Source of the DNA: Eledone cirrhosa
Lineage: Eukaryota
Direction of reading: 5' to 3'
Assembly: GCA_964016885.1 (NCBI GenBank)
Contig: OZ024740.1
Location: 370,450,001 to 370,514,000 of the forward strand
DNA length: 64,000 nt
Below the pieces are notes generated by a model that searched no databases, was not told the DNA's origin, and saw nothing but the letters and a program-made list of their open reading frames with translations. The position numbers and the translations under genes are program-made. This document shows, one piece after another, positions 1 through 12,375 of the stretch (positions are counted from its first letter, which is position 1; every line of letters begins with the position of its first letter).

Positions 1-510
1 CACACACACACATATACACACGCACACACACAGACATATATATATATATAATTGCATAGAGTAAAGTGTATAAATGTAGATATACGTATGTTTCGACACA
101 CAAAGTCAGTCAGAAACTCATACTTGCTTGTATGAAAGTGCTTGCATGTGTGTATACACGATCAACCATCCATGAATTGATCATTCTTTATCTCAATGAA
201 ATTCAATTAATTTGATATGTGAATCCTTGCAAGTATCTGTTTGATGGTGATCGTGTGAAGAATGACATCAACGAAGTAGGAAAGCTTTTATTTGAGGTCA
301 ATAAAGAAGTAATGAAGTAAATAAATCAAATAACGTTGTTCTTCAGTCACATGTCATCGCTGTTCCACTTTAAAATGAACTGTCAAAGACAGAGTGGAAA
401 ATGAATTGTGAGTAAAGCAGAAACAGATAATGACGAACGGACGACATTTTAGCTTTCTTATATGTATACAGGCGTATACATTTCTTCAAATAGCCTGACA
501 GACTGATTGG

Positions 511-548
<38 letters not shown>

Positions 549-573
549 CGTGTGTGTGTGTTTGTGTGTGTAT

Positions 574-648
<75 letters not shown>

Positions 649-665
649 GTGTGTGTTTGTGTGTG

Positions 666-761
<96 letters not shown>

Positions 762-1060
762 GTATATCTATATGAGTGAGTGTATGTGTGTGTGTATGTA
801 TGAGTATTTTGTATATCTCTAGGTTTTGAGAATTGTCATCACCTGACATTTTCTCGTACATAAGTGACATTAATATGACCTTTTAGCCCCTCAAGGACCT
901 AGATTCCTTTCTGCATATGCTGCAGCGAAAGGAAAAAGAAAAACCATGTTTCACGCATCACACGCGTGCTATGTTTGAAGCTTTTTTAAGTGAAGTAAAA
1001 CTTGCAATATTCTGAACAAGCAATGCTTGTGCTTTGAATGTTTTTTAAGTGAGGAAAGGT

Positions 1061-1440
1061 GTTGCACTCGACCAATCCCACTCTCTGGGCGTCTAAAATA
1101 CTACCCGAGAAGGAGAACTGTTCAATATCATCGGATGCTTCCGAAGCCGCAGGTTTTTTTTTCAGAGTTTCCTTCTTCTAGAAACGTATTGTGATGACAA
1201 CAACTGGAGGCCTTTCACTCCCAGGTGAAAAAAGAAAGTACTATTTGGATGGCAGTTGACTCTGTCGAGTTGCTCCGCCCTTTGCCGGGTCTTGTATTTG
1301 ATCCTGCAGGATGTCCAAATATCACCCTCCTCACCAAGCAAGCTTGGTGGGGTTGCCGGTTTAGACGCCGACGACCCGACCATGAGACAGGTTGTACTAG
1401 GTTACATGTTTCCAGTAGCACTCACGAGCAAACCTGACAT
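1061..1440 (-). mobile_element. Diverged 5' part of RTE-derived short element (same family as 21639-22248); further pieces at 1546-1740, 1873-1915, 34695-34880
   Basis: Aligns by eye to 21890-22248 (ttggatgg..gactc, cctgcaggatgtccaaa, ctcaccaag..cttggtgggg, gacgacccgaccatg). Confidence 0.75.
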
Positions 1441-2075
1441 ACATATATACATACATACATGATAATGGCTGCCCCCTCGTTATTGCATGATATACCATTA
1501 TCAATTATTATTAATTAATTCTATCGTGCAATGATGTGAGGAAAGACTGTGCACTGAGCCAATCCCACTCTCTGAGCGACAGTAGCTATAACCCGAAAAA
1601 AAGAAAAGATCAACATCATCGGTAACTATTGAGCCGCAGGTTTTATATCGGAGTTATCCCAGTTTCCTGAGTTGCCTTCTCCTTGAAGAATGCCCTGACA
1701 AAGGCTAAGGCTCCTACACTCCCAGTGGTTTAACCGCGCGATCGGGTGTCCAGCCCGACTATTTCTATGTCCCCGCGCATATTCATACATATGCACCCAT
1801 GTATATACACATATACATATACATACATATGTACATGTGTATATACATGTGTATATACATATTTACACACTTTTGGATGGCCGTTGACTCTTATGAGTTC
1901 TTCCGTCCTCTGTCATACATACATACATACATAGATACATACATACATACATACATACATACATACATACATACATACATACATACATACATACATACAC
2001 AAATGTATACATACATACATACATACATACATACATACATACATACATACATACATACATACATACATACATACA

Positions 2076-2106
<31 letters not shown>

Positions 2107-3344
2107 CTACTTACACGCATACATACACAAATACATACATAAAAAGAGAGAGATAGACAGGTAGATAGACAAATAGATAGATAAATAAAGATACAGGTAA
2201 ATATAAAAACAGATAAGTACGTAAATTGTAAGTTACAAGAACGGATACATTGATTTATATGACAGCATGTAAAGCAGGTGTGAAATGAAGATGTGATAAA
2301 GAGATTAAAAAGAAAGCCGGGATTTTAATATTGGATGTTTTTGTTGGAGTAGTTGAAATTTATAGTGATGTTTTGAAGGACAGGAAGCTGTTTAGTAATT
2401 AAGCTGAAGTAGTTCCGCTCTATGGAGAAGTCATGGATTGCAACGAGTAGGCTTAAATTTTGATGAGATTTTATATCATTAATTTTATGTTATTTGTGAG
2501 ATCAAAGGCTTCTTTATATTTTGGGCAAAATATAAACTTTATTTAATCTGACTTCGACCTACTACAGCTTTACAAATTATAAGGGAAAATTAAACGGTTC
2601 CGAATGACAGGATTAGAGTACAATTATATATTGATTGCTAATTTAGCCTCAAGGCCAGCAAATTTGGGGAATGTGCAATGTTGATTGTAATCAACACCAT
2701 TACTTAATCGGCAGTATTTTAACGACACCAGTACGATGAAAGACAACGTTGACTACGGTGTAATTTGAACTCAGAATGTAAAACTCCAAAACAAAAGCCT
2801 GCAATGGCGTTTTCACCTACGCTCTACTAATTCTGCCGGCCAAACATTCTCTAATAATCAAACAGGTTGGACATACATGTTGCTAGAGATGGAAAAAACA
2901 AGCAGAAAGTATCGCGTGTTGGTCTCGAACTCATACATAACTCATGGCGGACGGCTGCGTTACAGATTACATCAAAGGGGGATGACGGAAATATATATGT
3001 TAAAATGGATTAAGTATCATGAGTATATTAATGATTTCTATGATTTACTATGATTTCTATGACGCTATGACCGATTGACTAAAACTCAGAATTTATGAAT
3101 ATATCTGTTATTTGATATCACATTTGTAACCCATATCCTACTTGGTTACAGGTACAATAAGGAGATTAATGGCGACTACATTTACGCATACACAAGTTAA
3201 AATATGGACGAAACAGTTAATTCATGGCTTTTTATCTTGGAAGCATCGGTTTATTTATTTTTATGTAATATATATTGACGAAGGACACACACACAGACAC
3301 ACACACAGACACACACACACGAACACATACACTCACACACACAC

Positions 3345-3420
<76 letters not shown>

Positions 3421-3723
3421 AGGGATTCAGTGATTTAATCCTGGTATGTATATAAGCATTTCTACCTTTAATTTTACCTAATTGTGTATGGTTGACCTAT
3501 ATTTAATTAATTTCCACGTGCTGTTGAAATGTTGGGTAAATATTCTATGGCGGTTGGACGCGAAGACGCTGCTGTGGCGTATTTATTTACTGTTTCTTCA
3601 TAGGTGCCTTTTATTCTTATAGCCTGGTCTAATTGATTTTTTGTGTGGTTAATTATGCTGATTGGGAGTAGAGATGATGTATATATATTATCAAATAATT
3701 CTCTGGACATGCTTTACTCTATA

Positions 3724-3777
<54 letters not shown>

Positions 3778-3780
<3 letters not shown>

Positions 3781-3898
3781 GAGTCGATCGACAAAATCCC
3801 AGACCTCACTCACTTAATGAGTCGGATGGAGCTCGTCAAATCGGTCGCAACTCCAGACAGAAGGAGCAACGTGAAATAAAGTGTCTTGCTCAAGGACA
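3778..3898 (-). mobile_element. SINE fragment (OR/Nin-type core); related piece at 5780-5885
   Basis: gaaataaagtgtcttgctcaaggaca is the reverse complement of the common SINE core tgtccttgagcaagacacttta; shares cgcaactc..cagaaggagcaacgt with 5858-5885. Confidence 0.5.
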
Positions 3899-4056
3899 TA
3901 TATATATGGGGGGGGGATATGTGTGTGTATGTTTGCATATATTTGCGTACAGCTTAGGCTATTTTTCATAGTCAAAAATATGGGTTGAGGCAGTTAACTT
4001 TAAGTTAACATACATCCGTCCGAAATACATAATTCGCTCAACGCTCCATAAAATAC

Positions 4057-4121
<65 letters not shown>

Positions 4122-4127
<6 letters not shown>

Positions 4128-4338
4128 AAAAAGGGATGAAATCGAAAATGCAACTGAAGTCTTATTTTTTTTTTAAATATATATATTTATTTGGTTCCTT
4201 TACCGGTTTCGCAGTTCTTCTGCTTTTCAAAAGGTGAGTTGAGATGGAGGGTCTGTGGTTTTTCTCACATAAATATATATATTTTTTAAAAAAATAAGAC
4301 TTCAGTTGCATTTTCGATTTCATCCCTTTTTCTTTATA
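4122..4338 (-). mobile_element. Short fold-back element (~65-bp inverted arms) enclosing a hammerhead motif, at the edge of a (TA)n tract
   Basis: 4122-4190 is the reverse complement of ~4268-4338; HHR motif lies between the arms. Confidence 0.7.
4197..4234 (-). ncRNA. Type I hammerhead ribozyme, U3:A8 core variant
   Basis: Minus strand: cctt-TTGAAAA-gcag aagaa ctgc-GAAA-ccgg-TA-aagg; stem I cctt/aagg, stem II gcag/ctgc, palindromic stem III. Confidence 0.7.
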
Positions 4339-4393
4339 CTTCCACTCGTGTAGGACACCTCGGTTATTTTTCATTTTGTAAAAAAAACCTCAC

Positions 4394-4427
<34 letters not shown>

Positions 4428-4821
4428 TACCATTTGATAATCGGTTGATTCTGGGCTTTAAAGATGTATAGAAGGCCCAAAATATAAAATACAACCTAAT
4501 AAGCGTAATATTTGTACTACATTATTTATGTTATGTATTTATTTTTATATATGACGTATAATGTTGAGATTCAGTTGTTTTGAATTATAACGATATTAAG
4601 CTGTTATTTTCAAACCTCTCTTTATAATAAAAGTGTATGTAAAGTGTGCACTTTATATACACTTTTAGACTTAAGTCTAAGTTTTCTAATAAAGAATACG
4701 TAAACTAGTAATATGACATAAAGTTGCTATATTAATGTAACAATTCAAAATTAAAATTTATAAAGTACATATCAGCAAAAGGTGTAAGGCAATAAAATCA
4801 TCTCTTCTTTTCATTATTAAA

Positions 4822-5017
4822 TAAGGCGGTGGATTGGCAGTATTGGTAGAGGGTCGGACGCCATGCTTTGACGGATAGAGTTACGGCCCTTGACATTCTG
4901 AGTTCAAATCCCGCCGAGGTTAACTTTGCCTTTCATCCTTACGGGGTCGATAAAATAAAGTACCAGTAATGCACTGGATAATTGCTGGCTTTGTGCCAAA
5001 CGTAGAAACAATTATTA
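4822..5017 (+). mobile_element. tRNA-derived SINE (octopus OK-like)
   Basis: A-box-like tggcagtattgg, B-box gagttcaaatcc, body tttgcctttcatccttacggggtcgataaaataaagtaccag, (ATT) tail; siblings at 39113 and 48253. Confidence 0.8.
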
Positions 5018-5671
5018 AATCATTTCTAATAAAGTTACAAAGCTATAAAATTGGAAAGAGAGAGAAAAATTGATTATCGCTTCCTGATTAAACACCCAAG
5101 ACAGAGGCTCTGAGAAAAGTGTTTCTCATCACACGTTCTTTAATACATTTTTATGATTTATCCAATTTGGGTTAATTTACTACTACTAACTTATCCTTTA
5201 GCGATTCACCCAATTTGTTTTATTAATTTCCTTACGTTTCGCTTGATACACATTTAGCGTTATTACAGTTAGTGTTTTGTGCCCGATAGTACAGTAGAAG
5301 AAATTCTGTTTCGAATATAAAGCTTCCAGGCCTTTTATTTACATTTAAGTTCTGACTTCAAATCCAGCAGAGCTAGAGTTTGTCTTTTATCTTTCTATGA
5401 TGACTATAGTAATTAGCACTCAAGTACATATTTCAACGTAATGCACTATTCCCTATATATATTTATCTTTCTAATTTATTCGTTTTATCACGTAAAATTC
5501 GTACCAGCAGAAATATTTATTTCTATTGCATGAACTGGCAATTATATGTGGTCCTCTCAAATGATATCGTGCGAAACCACAGCCGGTCTGAGAGCTGAAG
5601 AGGTTAAGAGATATGTGTGTGTCTTGTATCGTTCATTTTCTTCCTTTGCTTCTTTCTTCCTATCACTTCCT

Positions 5672-5727
<56 letters not shown>

Positions 5728-5891
5728 ATAGGAAGAAAGAAGAAAAGGAAGCAAAAGAAGAAAATATATATATATAGACAATCGATCGATTTTGTCATAG
5801 CAGACCGAGGAAACAATGTCTCCATTGGTCTTTCCAATTGCTAATACTATCTATCGTGCGCAACTCGAAACAGAAGGAGCAACGTCCGGGA

Positions 5892-5933
<42 letters not shown>

Positions 5934-5939
<6 letters not shown>

Positions 5940-6226
5940 TAAATCATGTCCTTAGAATAATTAGATAAAATATATACGATTTCCTCTCCTTGTATGGTTG
6001 ATGGTATATTTAGTCAGTTTCTACATGCTGTCGAAATGTTGGATAAATACTCTATTGGGGCCACCGCGAAGAGGCCACTTTCGGTTATTTGTCGGAGATT
6101 TCTTCATAAGAGCCTTTCTTCTTATAGCTTGGTCTAATTGATTTTTTATATGGTTAATTATGCTAATTGGGAGAGGAAATGGTATATATTTTATCTAATA
6201 ATTCTAAGGACATGATTTATGATATA
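5934..6226. mobile_element. Short element with ~45-bp terminal inverted repeats at the edge of (TA)n; sibling at ~3484-3712
   Basis: atatcataaatcatgtccttagaataattagataaaatatatac is inverted at ~6182-6225; interior aligns with 3484-3712. Confidence 0.55.
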
Positions 6227-6394
6227 TTGCTCTGATTATTTAATTTATTAATTCTTCATAGAGCCAAAAAGTGACCGGTTGCAGCATATATGTCTATAAC
6301 TTTATGTATATGTAAACCTTTATATATATATATATGTATATGTAAACCTTTATATATATATATATGTATATGTAAACCTTTATATATATATATA

Positions 6395-7213
6395 CGGGAA
6401 AGTATCAACACATATATTTTTATTGTTTGACCCGAATTACTTGGTCGTTTTGATTTTGGCTGTGCGGATGATATGTTTAACCATCATCTCAGTGTGTTTG
6501 GCCCTTAACGTATGTTGTAGCTCTGATTCATATGATTCATCGAGCGCTTGCCACACATATCGGACGTTGATTTTCGTTAATTCCTGAGCTGAAAACGATT
6601 CTCGCTAATTTATATTTGTATTAATCTCCAGAGTCTAGCTATTGAGCAGTTAATTTTATTGATTTTTTTCAGTTACTTATATTGACTGTTGAATGGCTCT
6701 GTTATATTTAACCATTCTGTCGAGAGCTTTAATTCGATTTGTGATATTTTGCATTCTCGCAATAATACACAACTGAATCATTCGCTTAATAGAGGTGTTA
6801 CCTCCCTTGCTGAATCCCACGAGGGGTCAGTAATAGCTACACTATCTATAGCATATTGGAGCAAAACCCGTTGAAAACACGACTGCCTTGTTCATCATCT
6901 CACCAGAAGCCTAACATTCTTTATGTAGGCGGACAGTACCTGATTTGGAGTCGCAGAAACCAATACTGGATTTTACCATCAGTCCAGGGTCCGGGAAAGT
7001 ATCAACACATATATTTTTATTGTTTGACCCGAATTACTTGGTCGTTTTGATTTTGGCTGTGCGGATGATATGTTTAACCATCATCTCAGTGTGTTTGGCC
7101 CTTAACGTATGTTGTAGCTCTGATTCATATGATTCATCGAGCGCTTGCCACACATATCGGACGTTGATTTTCGTTAATTCCTGAGCTGAAAACGATTCTC
7201 GCTAATTTATATT

Positions 7214-7218
<5 letters not shown>
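6395..7218 (+). repeat. 1.4 copies of a 597-bp unit (identical ~226-bp direct repeats 6395-6620 and 6992-7218) between (TA)n tracts; pLTR/retrozyme-like
   Basis: Direct identity seen; the 3' end is homologous (inverted) to ~34965-35070. Confidence 0.75.
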
Positions 7219-7301
<83 letters not shown>

Positions 7302-7379
7302 CTTATGTATATATTGATGTACAGTGGAGTGACATATATTATATTATATTACTTCCTAAACCTTTTCTAAACAACGTTA

Positions 7380-7959
7380 TATCTACAAACCTGATATCAA
7401 TAGTAATAATAGTAATAGCCCTAGTGCAAGCAATAACGCTGGGAGCGACAACCCACATAGCCATAATGCAATAACTAGCAACCAGACTTCTACACAACAT
7501 AATAACCGGCAGGTTAACATCCAAAATAATTGTAACTGTAGATCTAATAGAACCTGCCCTTTAGATAAAAACTTCTTAATCAAGGACATCATATACTCAT
7601 GCACCGTCATAAATAGCAACTCCTCTGAAACCTATATAGGCTCTACTTCGAACTGCTTCAAAACCAGATACAATTCACATCTCCATTCTTTCAAAAAACA
7701 CAGTCTAGCCAACTCCACTTCACTATCTAGCTACATACACTATCTAAAAACTAAAAATAGATCTTATACACTTAAATGGGAAGTGATAGGTAAGGCGGCA
7801 TCGTACAAACCATCTAATAAATTCTGCAACCTCTGTCTACTAGAGACCCATACTATAATCTTCTCAAACCATAACCTCCTTAATAAAAAATCGGAAGTGT
7901 TTACGTCGTGCCAGCACCGCTTCCGACACTCCTTCCAAAACTTTAAACCCAAAATATAA
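7380..7959 (+). pseudogene. 5'-truncated PLE: linker and GIY-YIG endonuclease (Hydra-like), one frameshift near 7570
   Basis: Manual translation: NNCNCRSNRTCPLDK / DIIYSCTV..TYIGSTSNCFKTRYNSHLHSF..LKWEVI..FCNLCLLE..LLNKKSEVFTSCQHR..stop 7957-7959. Confidence 0.88.
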
Positions 7960-7995
7960 CAATGTCAGACTTAAACCCATCACCACTTCCAACAC

Positions 7996-8626
7996 TACAC
8001 CTCAAGGGCACACCTTACACCACAACTCCACACTCTCTGATCCACCCTATCTCAACACATATCATTCCATCTGTCTATAACTTTACACCCTAGAAATATC
8101 CCTATGGGCACCTACTTTTGGGGTAATTACTTTCAACTGCTTATAATTATATAGTAGTTGAGGGTGGTTATACTAGGGGTGGGTGTTCATGGGGTATCAC
8201 TTATAATTATACTATACAGTCTATGTAAGCTTTAAACACCAGATTCGACAATGGATTACTTATGCAATGTATTTGTATGTATGGAGTGATAACATTGGAT
8301 ATATATAGGATTACACCTCAAGGGCACACCTTACACCACAACTCCACACTCTCTAATCCACCCTATCTCAACACAAATCATTCCATCTGTCTATAACTTT
8401 ATACCCTAGAAATATCCACATGAGCACCTACTTTTGGGGTAATTACTTTCAACTGCTTATAATTATATAGTAGTTGAGGGTGGTTATACTAGGGGTGGGT
8501 GTTCATGGGGTATCACTTATAATTATGCAATACAGTCTATGTAAGCTTTAAACACCAGATTCGACAATGAATTACTTATGCAAATGTACTGTATGTATGG
8601 AGTGATAACATTGGATATATATAAGA
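7996..8626 (+). repeat. Tandem duplication, 2 x ~316 bp, in the PLE 3' region
   Basis: tacacctcaagggcacaccttacacc at 7996 and 8312, near-identical units. Confidence 0.9.
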
Positions 8627-9812
8627 TTAAATTATTAACATAAGAGATCTGTATAACCTATATGTTGAGTGCAATGGATTGTGTGGGAATGGGAAGTGAG
8701 TTATATATGCAAATACAACTTGATGGATACATTAATGACATTGTAAATGAGGGATGTTTTTGTCTGCCATAGAGATGTATTTGGATTTGCCATGTAGACA
8801 GCCATACACTGCTCCAGAACTTACCAGGGGTTACGTAGACATAGTACTAATAGGTCCCCTGACATGTTCTGTGAGTAGACTACATTTGCAAGGAACTTTG
8901 ATATAAAGATGTGGCTCTTTGTATGGAATATCCAGTTGTAGCACTCTATGATAGTGAGTAATCATCCTAATATATAATGTACGTTTAGTACATCATGATA
9001 GAGTATACTGCGTTTAAAATTGGAAACTGGATATAAATATATAACCGTCTATAGAAGGGACTCAATTGAGACACCTTATAATGTATGTTAGAACAATAAT
9101 TTAGTTATGAAAATCAGCTAGTTACCTCCCCTTACGCATTAACCCCCCTTAATTACACACATACTTCCGGATAATAAACCGATGTAAATTCTCGCAACAG
9201 AAACAACCTACCCTATAAAATTGGATAAAAGAACGCTGAGCCGCAATAAGCTAAAATAATTTAATTTAATGCATCAAACATCCAATACGGAATCATCGTT
9301 AATTATGTGATGAATGTATAAACTATATATTACATTTCCTGAATGTGAAATTGGTGGTGGATACGAAAACCATAACTCTCTATTGCTTCTCCTTTCTATT
9401 TCTGTTTTTCTGCGCACATACGTTTTTATCATATACAAAAAATACCTTACCACTGCAACCTCCATAATACTCTTGCTTACCCACATAAAGTGCTTGTATT
9501 ACATGTAACACCCTGCCACACAATAATCATATATAAATGAGACACACATAAATAACGCATACAATAACTACTACATCTGACTAACAAACTATCCTCTTGC
9601 ATTATCTATGTTAACTGCCGAATGTATTTTAATTTTGTTTTAATTTTAATTTTGTTGTAATTTTGATATTGATCTTGACTTTGAATTTGAATTATAATAT
9701 AATATATGTCACAGAGATTTTGAGTTTATGTTGGTTGTATACCAACACCTCAGTATGCAGGCTGGAGCACTCGACGAAGTGCGCAGGTTGGTTTGGTTAC
9801 TCCGGAGTAGTG

Positions 9813-10247
9813 TAAAATAAAGTTAGATAAAAGTCAAATGATTAAAATTTAGCTTCGTTTATTACTGCTATATATATTTCAGTGACAGCCATCTTTGGCT
9901 GTGACCTCTTCAGGCAGTTTGACTTAGTATGGTATAGACAAGTACATATGTTGTTTCAGTGTATAATATTGCCAATACTCTGATATGCCCAGTTCTTTGT
10001 TGGGTTGTTAATTCACTGAGCAACTGGAGTGATATGACTCCAGTTCATCAGTGAATTAACAACAAATCAAGTAACTGGGCATATCAGAGTATTGGCAATA
10101 TTATACACTGAAACAACATATGTACTTGTCTATACCATACTAATTCAAACTGCCTGAAGAGGTCACAGCCAAAGATGGCTGTCACTGAAATATATATAGC
10201 AGTAATAAACGAAGCTAAATTTTAATCATTTGACTTTTATCTAACTT

Positions 10248-10254
<7 letters not shown>
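9813..10254. repeat. 442-bp near-perfect palindrome (inverted pLTR pair) carrying two opposed hammerheads
   Basis: Arms are reverse-complementary around centre ~10033, with few mismatches, mostly near the centre. Confidence 0.92.
10149..10203 (+). ncRNA. Type I hammerhead ribozyme (mirror copy at 9864-9918, minus)
   Basis: actgc-CTGAAGA-ggtcacagcc aaagat ggctgtcact-GAAA-tatata-TA-gcagt. Confidence 0.8.
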
Positions 10255-10322
<68 letters not shown>

Positions 10323-10525
10323 TAAAAGGAAAAGAAAATGGTGACAAATTGTTCCCAGTGAAAAATAGTTTAATTAGGAATAAGTAAAAATTAGTGATAA
10401 GTATTGGTTAGTATTCAGTTTTGGTTTTAAGTTTTTACCGGTTGCGCATTTCTAATGATTTTCAAAAATAATTTTGAGATAGAGCGCCCGTGATGTTTGC
10501 TCTAATCTGTATCAATATATATATA

Positions 10526-10733
<208 letters not shown>

Positions 10734-10782
10734 AATATATATATAGAAAGATTTGAATGGATACAGTTTAGTTGAAAGGAAT

Positions 10783-10899
10783 TTATTGACACGTGTTTCT
10801 ATAACAGTTACATAACCTAAAACAGCTATCTACAAACTTTTAGTTATGCAGACATTCAATATTTCAATGTTATTATTTACTGTCATTTCATCAGAATAA
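10783..10899 (-). ncRNA. Type I hammerhead with ~88-nt stem II region, in the 3' pLTR of the 10.7-14.4 kb PLE
   Basis: Minus: ttatt-CTGATGA-aa tgacagt...actgtta ta-GAAA-cacgtg-TC-aataa. Confidence 0.75.
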
Positions 10900-11487
10900 T
10901 ATTACTGAGGACCTATTTAGTTTTTATAGAGAATATTAGGAGGGAGGGGTGAAGTTGTTAGAAGAATAGTTGAAGGAGTGGTTTTTCGATAGCAGTGAGA
11001 ATTCTTGGTGGCAGTGAGTAATTAGATTCCCATCTGTTGTTTTGACATTTTTTTTATAGAATATATTATTGGTTATTTTTCTAAATCTATAGAAGGATTA
11101 GAGATAGTGAAGATATGCGTGGTTGGTTTTGTGTTTGCACTTAATTAACATTCAGGCTTAAATTTTTCTTTCAAGTGTACGTATCCTTTCACCCACGCAT
11201 TCACACACAAATATATTTGCACACCTCTACAAAATACATATACACACAATTCACATATTCATACTTACATATATATACACATGCATACACATATATATAC
11301 ACACATGTATTCATGTACATACATACGCGCTCATGTGTATACATTTTCATACTCAACTTATCTTTATATACACACGTATAGACACACACATATATACATA
11401 CATACTCTAGTCCATGTGTACACACATACACATACATACACATCCATATACACATATATACATACACATATATACATACATATATAC

Positions 11488-11533
<46 letters not shown>

Positions 11534-11855
11534 GCATACATACACAAACATACATATACACACATATACATATATATATATATATAAGCACTTTAATACA
11601 TGAATACACTTACATCTAACTATACACATCAAACATATATATATATTTACTTATTTATATACATTTTCACATATATATACATACTTATGGACGTTTTTAG
11701 ACACATTCATTATCGCATATTTGTACCTATTCTCATCAGCATATCTTTTCATTATTAGTATGGTAATTTAAGGTTATTAATATATGTTGAGAAGAGATTG
11801 TTTTTATATTTTTCTAACTAGATTAAGGTTTATATAGTTGGGGGATGTCCCTCTT

Positions 11856-12375
11856 TTATGTAATATTCGGCTTGTAGTGGGAAAAAAGGGTTTTAGTTCT
11901 GTGACGGCAGAATAATGTTCGTTCAATTCTGTTATTCAGCAGTTTCTTCTTGTGTGTGATTATGTAATAAATCTCAAGATTACACAATTTGCAGAAATTT
12001 TGGCTCCTGGAAAAGCTTTGGGTTTTAGCTAATTTTTCCCATTTTAGGGTAAACTTTTGATCGTTATCCCTGAGCGTCCAAGCTTTTTCTGCTAGAGTTG
12101 TTACATTTCTTTGGCTCAGGTGTTTTATTGAGTAAGAATGCCTATACAATCGAGATTTAAACGATGTTGCCGTTGATCCCACGTAATACCACTCGTTGCC
12201 TCCGGATTTAATGGTACACTTATAAATAATATTTTTTTCCAGGCAGTTATTGCCGAGGGGGCAGTTGTCAGGATAGGTGCAGTTACAGTTGTGTACGTTG
12301 GGTTTTCTCTGGAGTAGTATTGCGGACGAACTTAGGTGTGGTTTATTTATGTTCTGTAGTGTATTGTCTACTGTT
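11856..12375 (-). CDS. GIY-YIG endonuclease of the same PLE (+1 frame relative to RT)
   Basis: Manual translation: NCNCTYPDNCPLGNNCLEKNIIYKCTI..WYYVGSTATSFKSRLYRH..LKWE..CKLCNLE..LLNNRIE..CRHR. Confidence 0.9.

Noticed and set aside
225-420. Minus-strand splice-acceptor-like pyrimidine tract plus CAG near 380, possible host exon
   Set aside because: No supporting ORF, donor site or homology; needs RNA-seq
4822-4920. tRNA gene
   Set aside because: A/B boxes are present but there is no cloverleaf, and it continues into a multi-copy SINE body
5553-5595. ctctca...GAAA-ccacagccgg-TC-tgagag
   Set aside because: Stem I and the 3' half fit an HHR, but the CUGANGA box is unrecognisable
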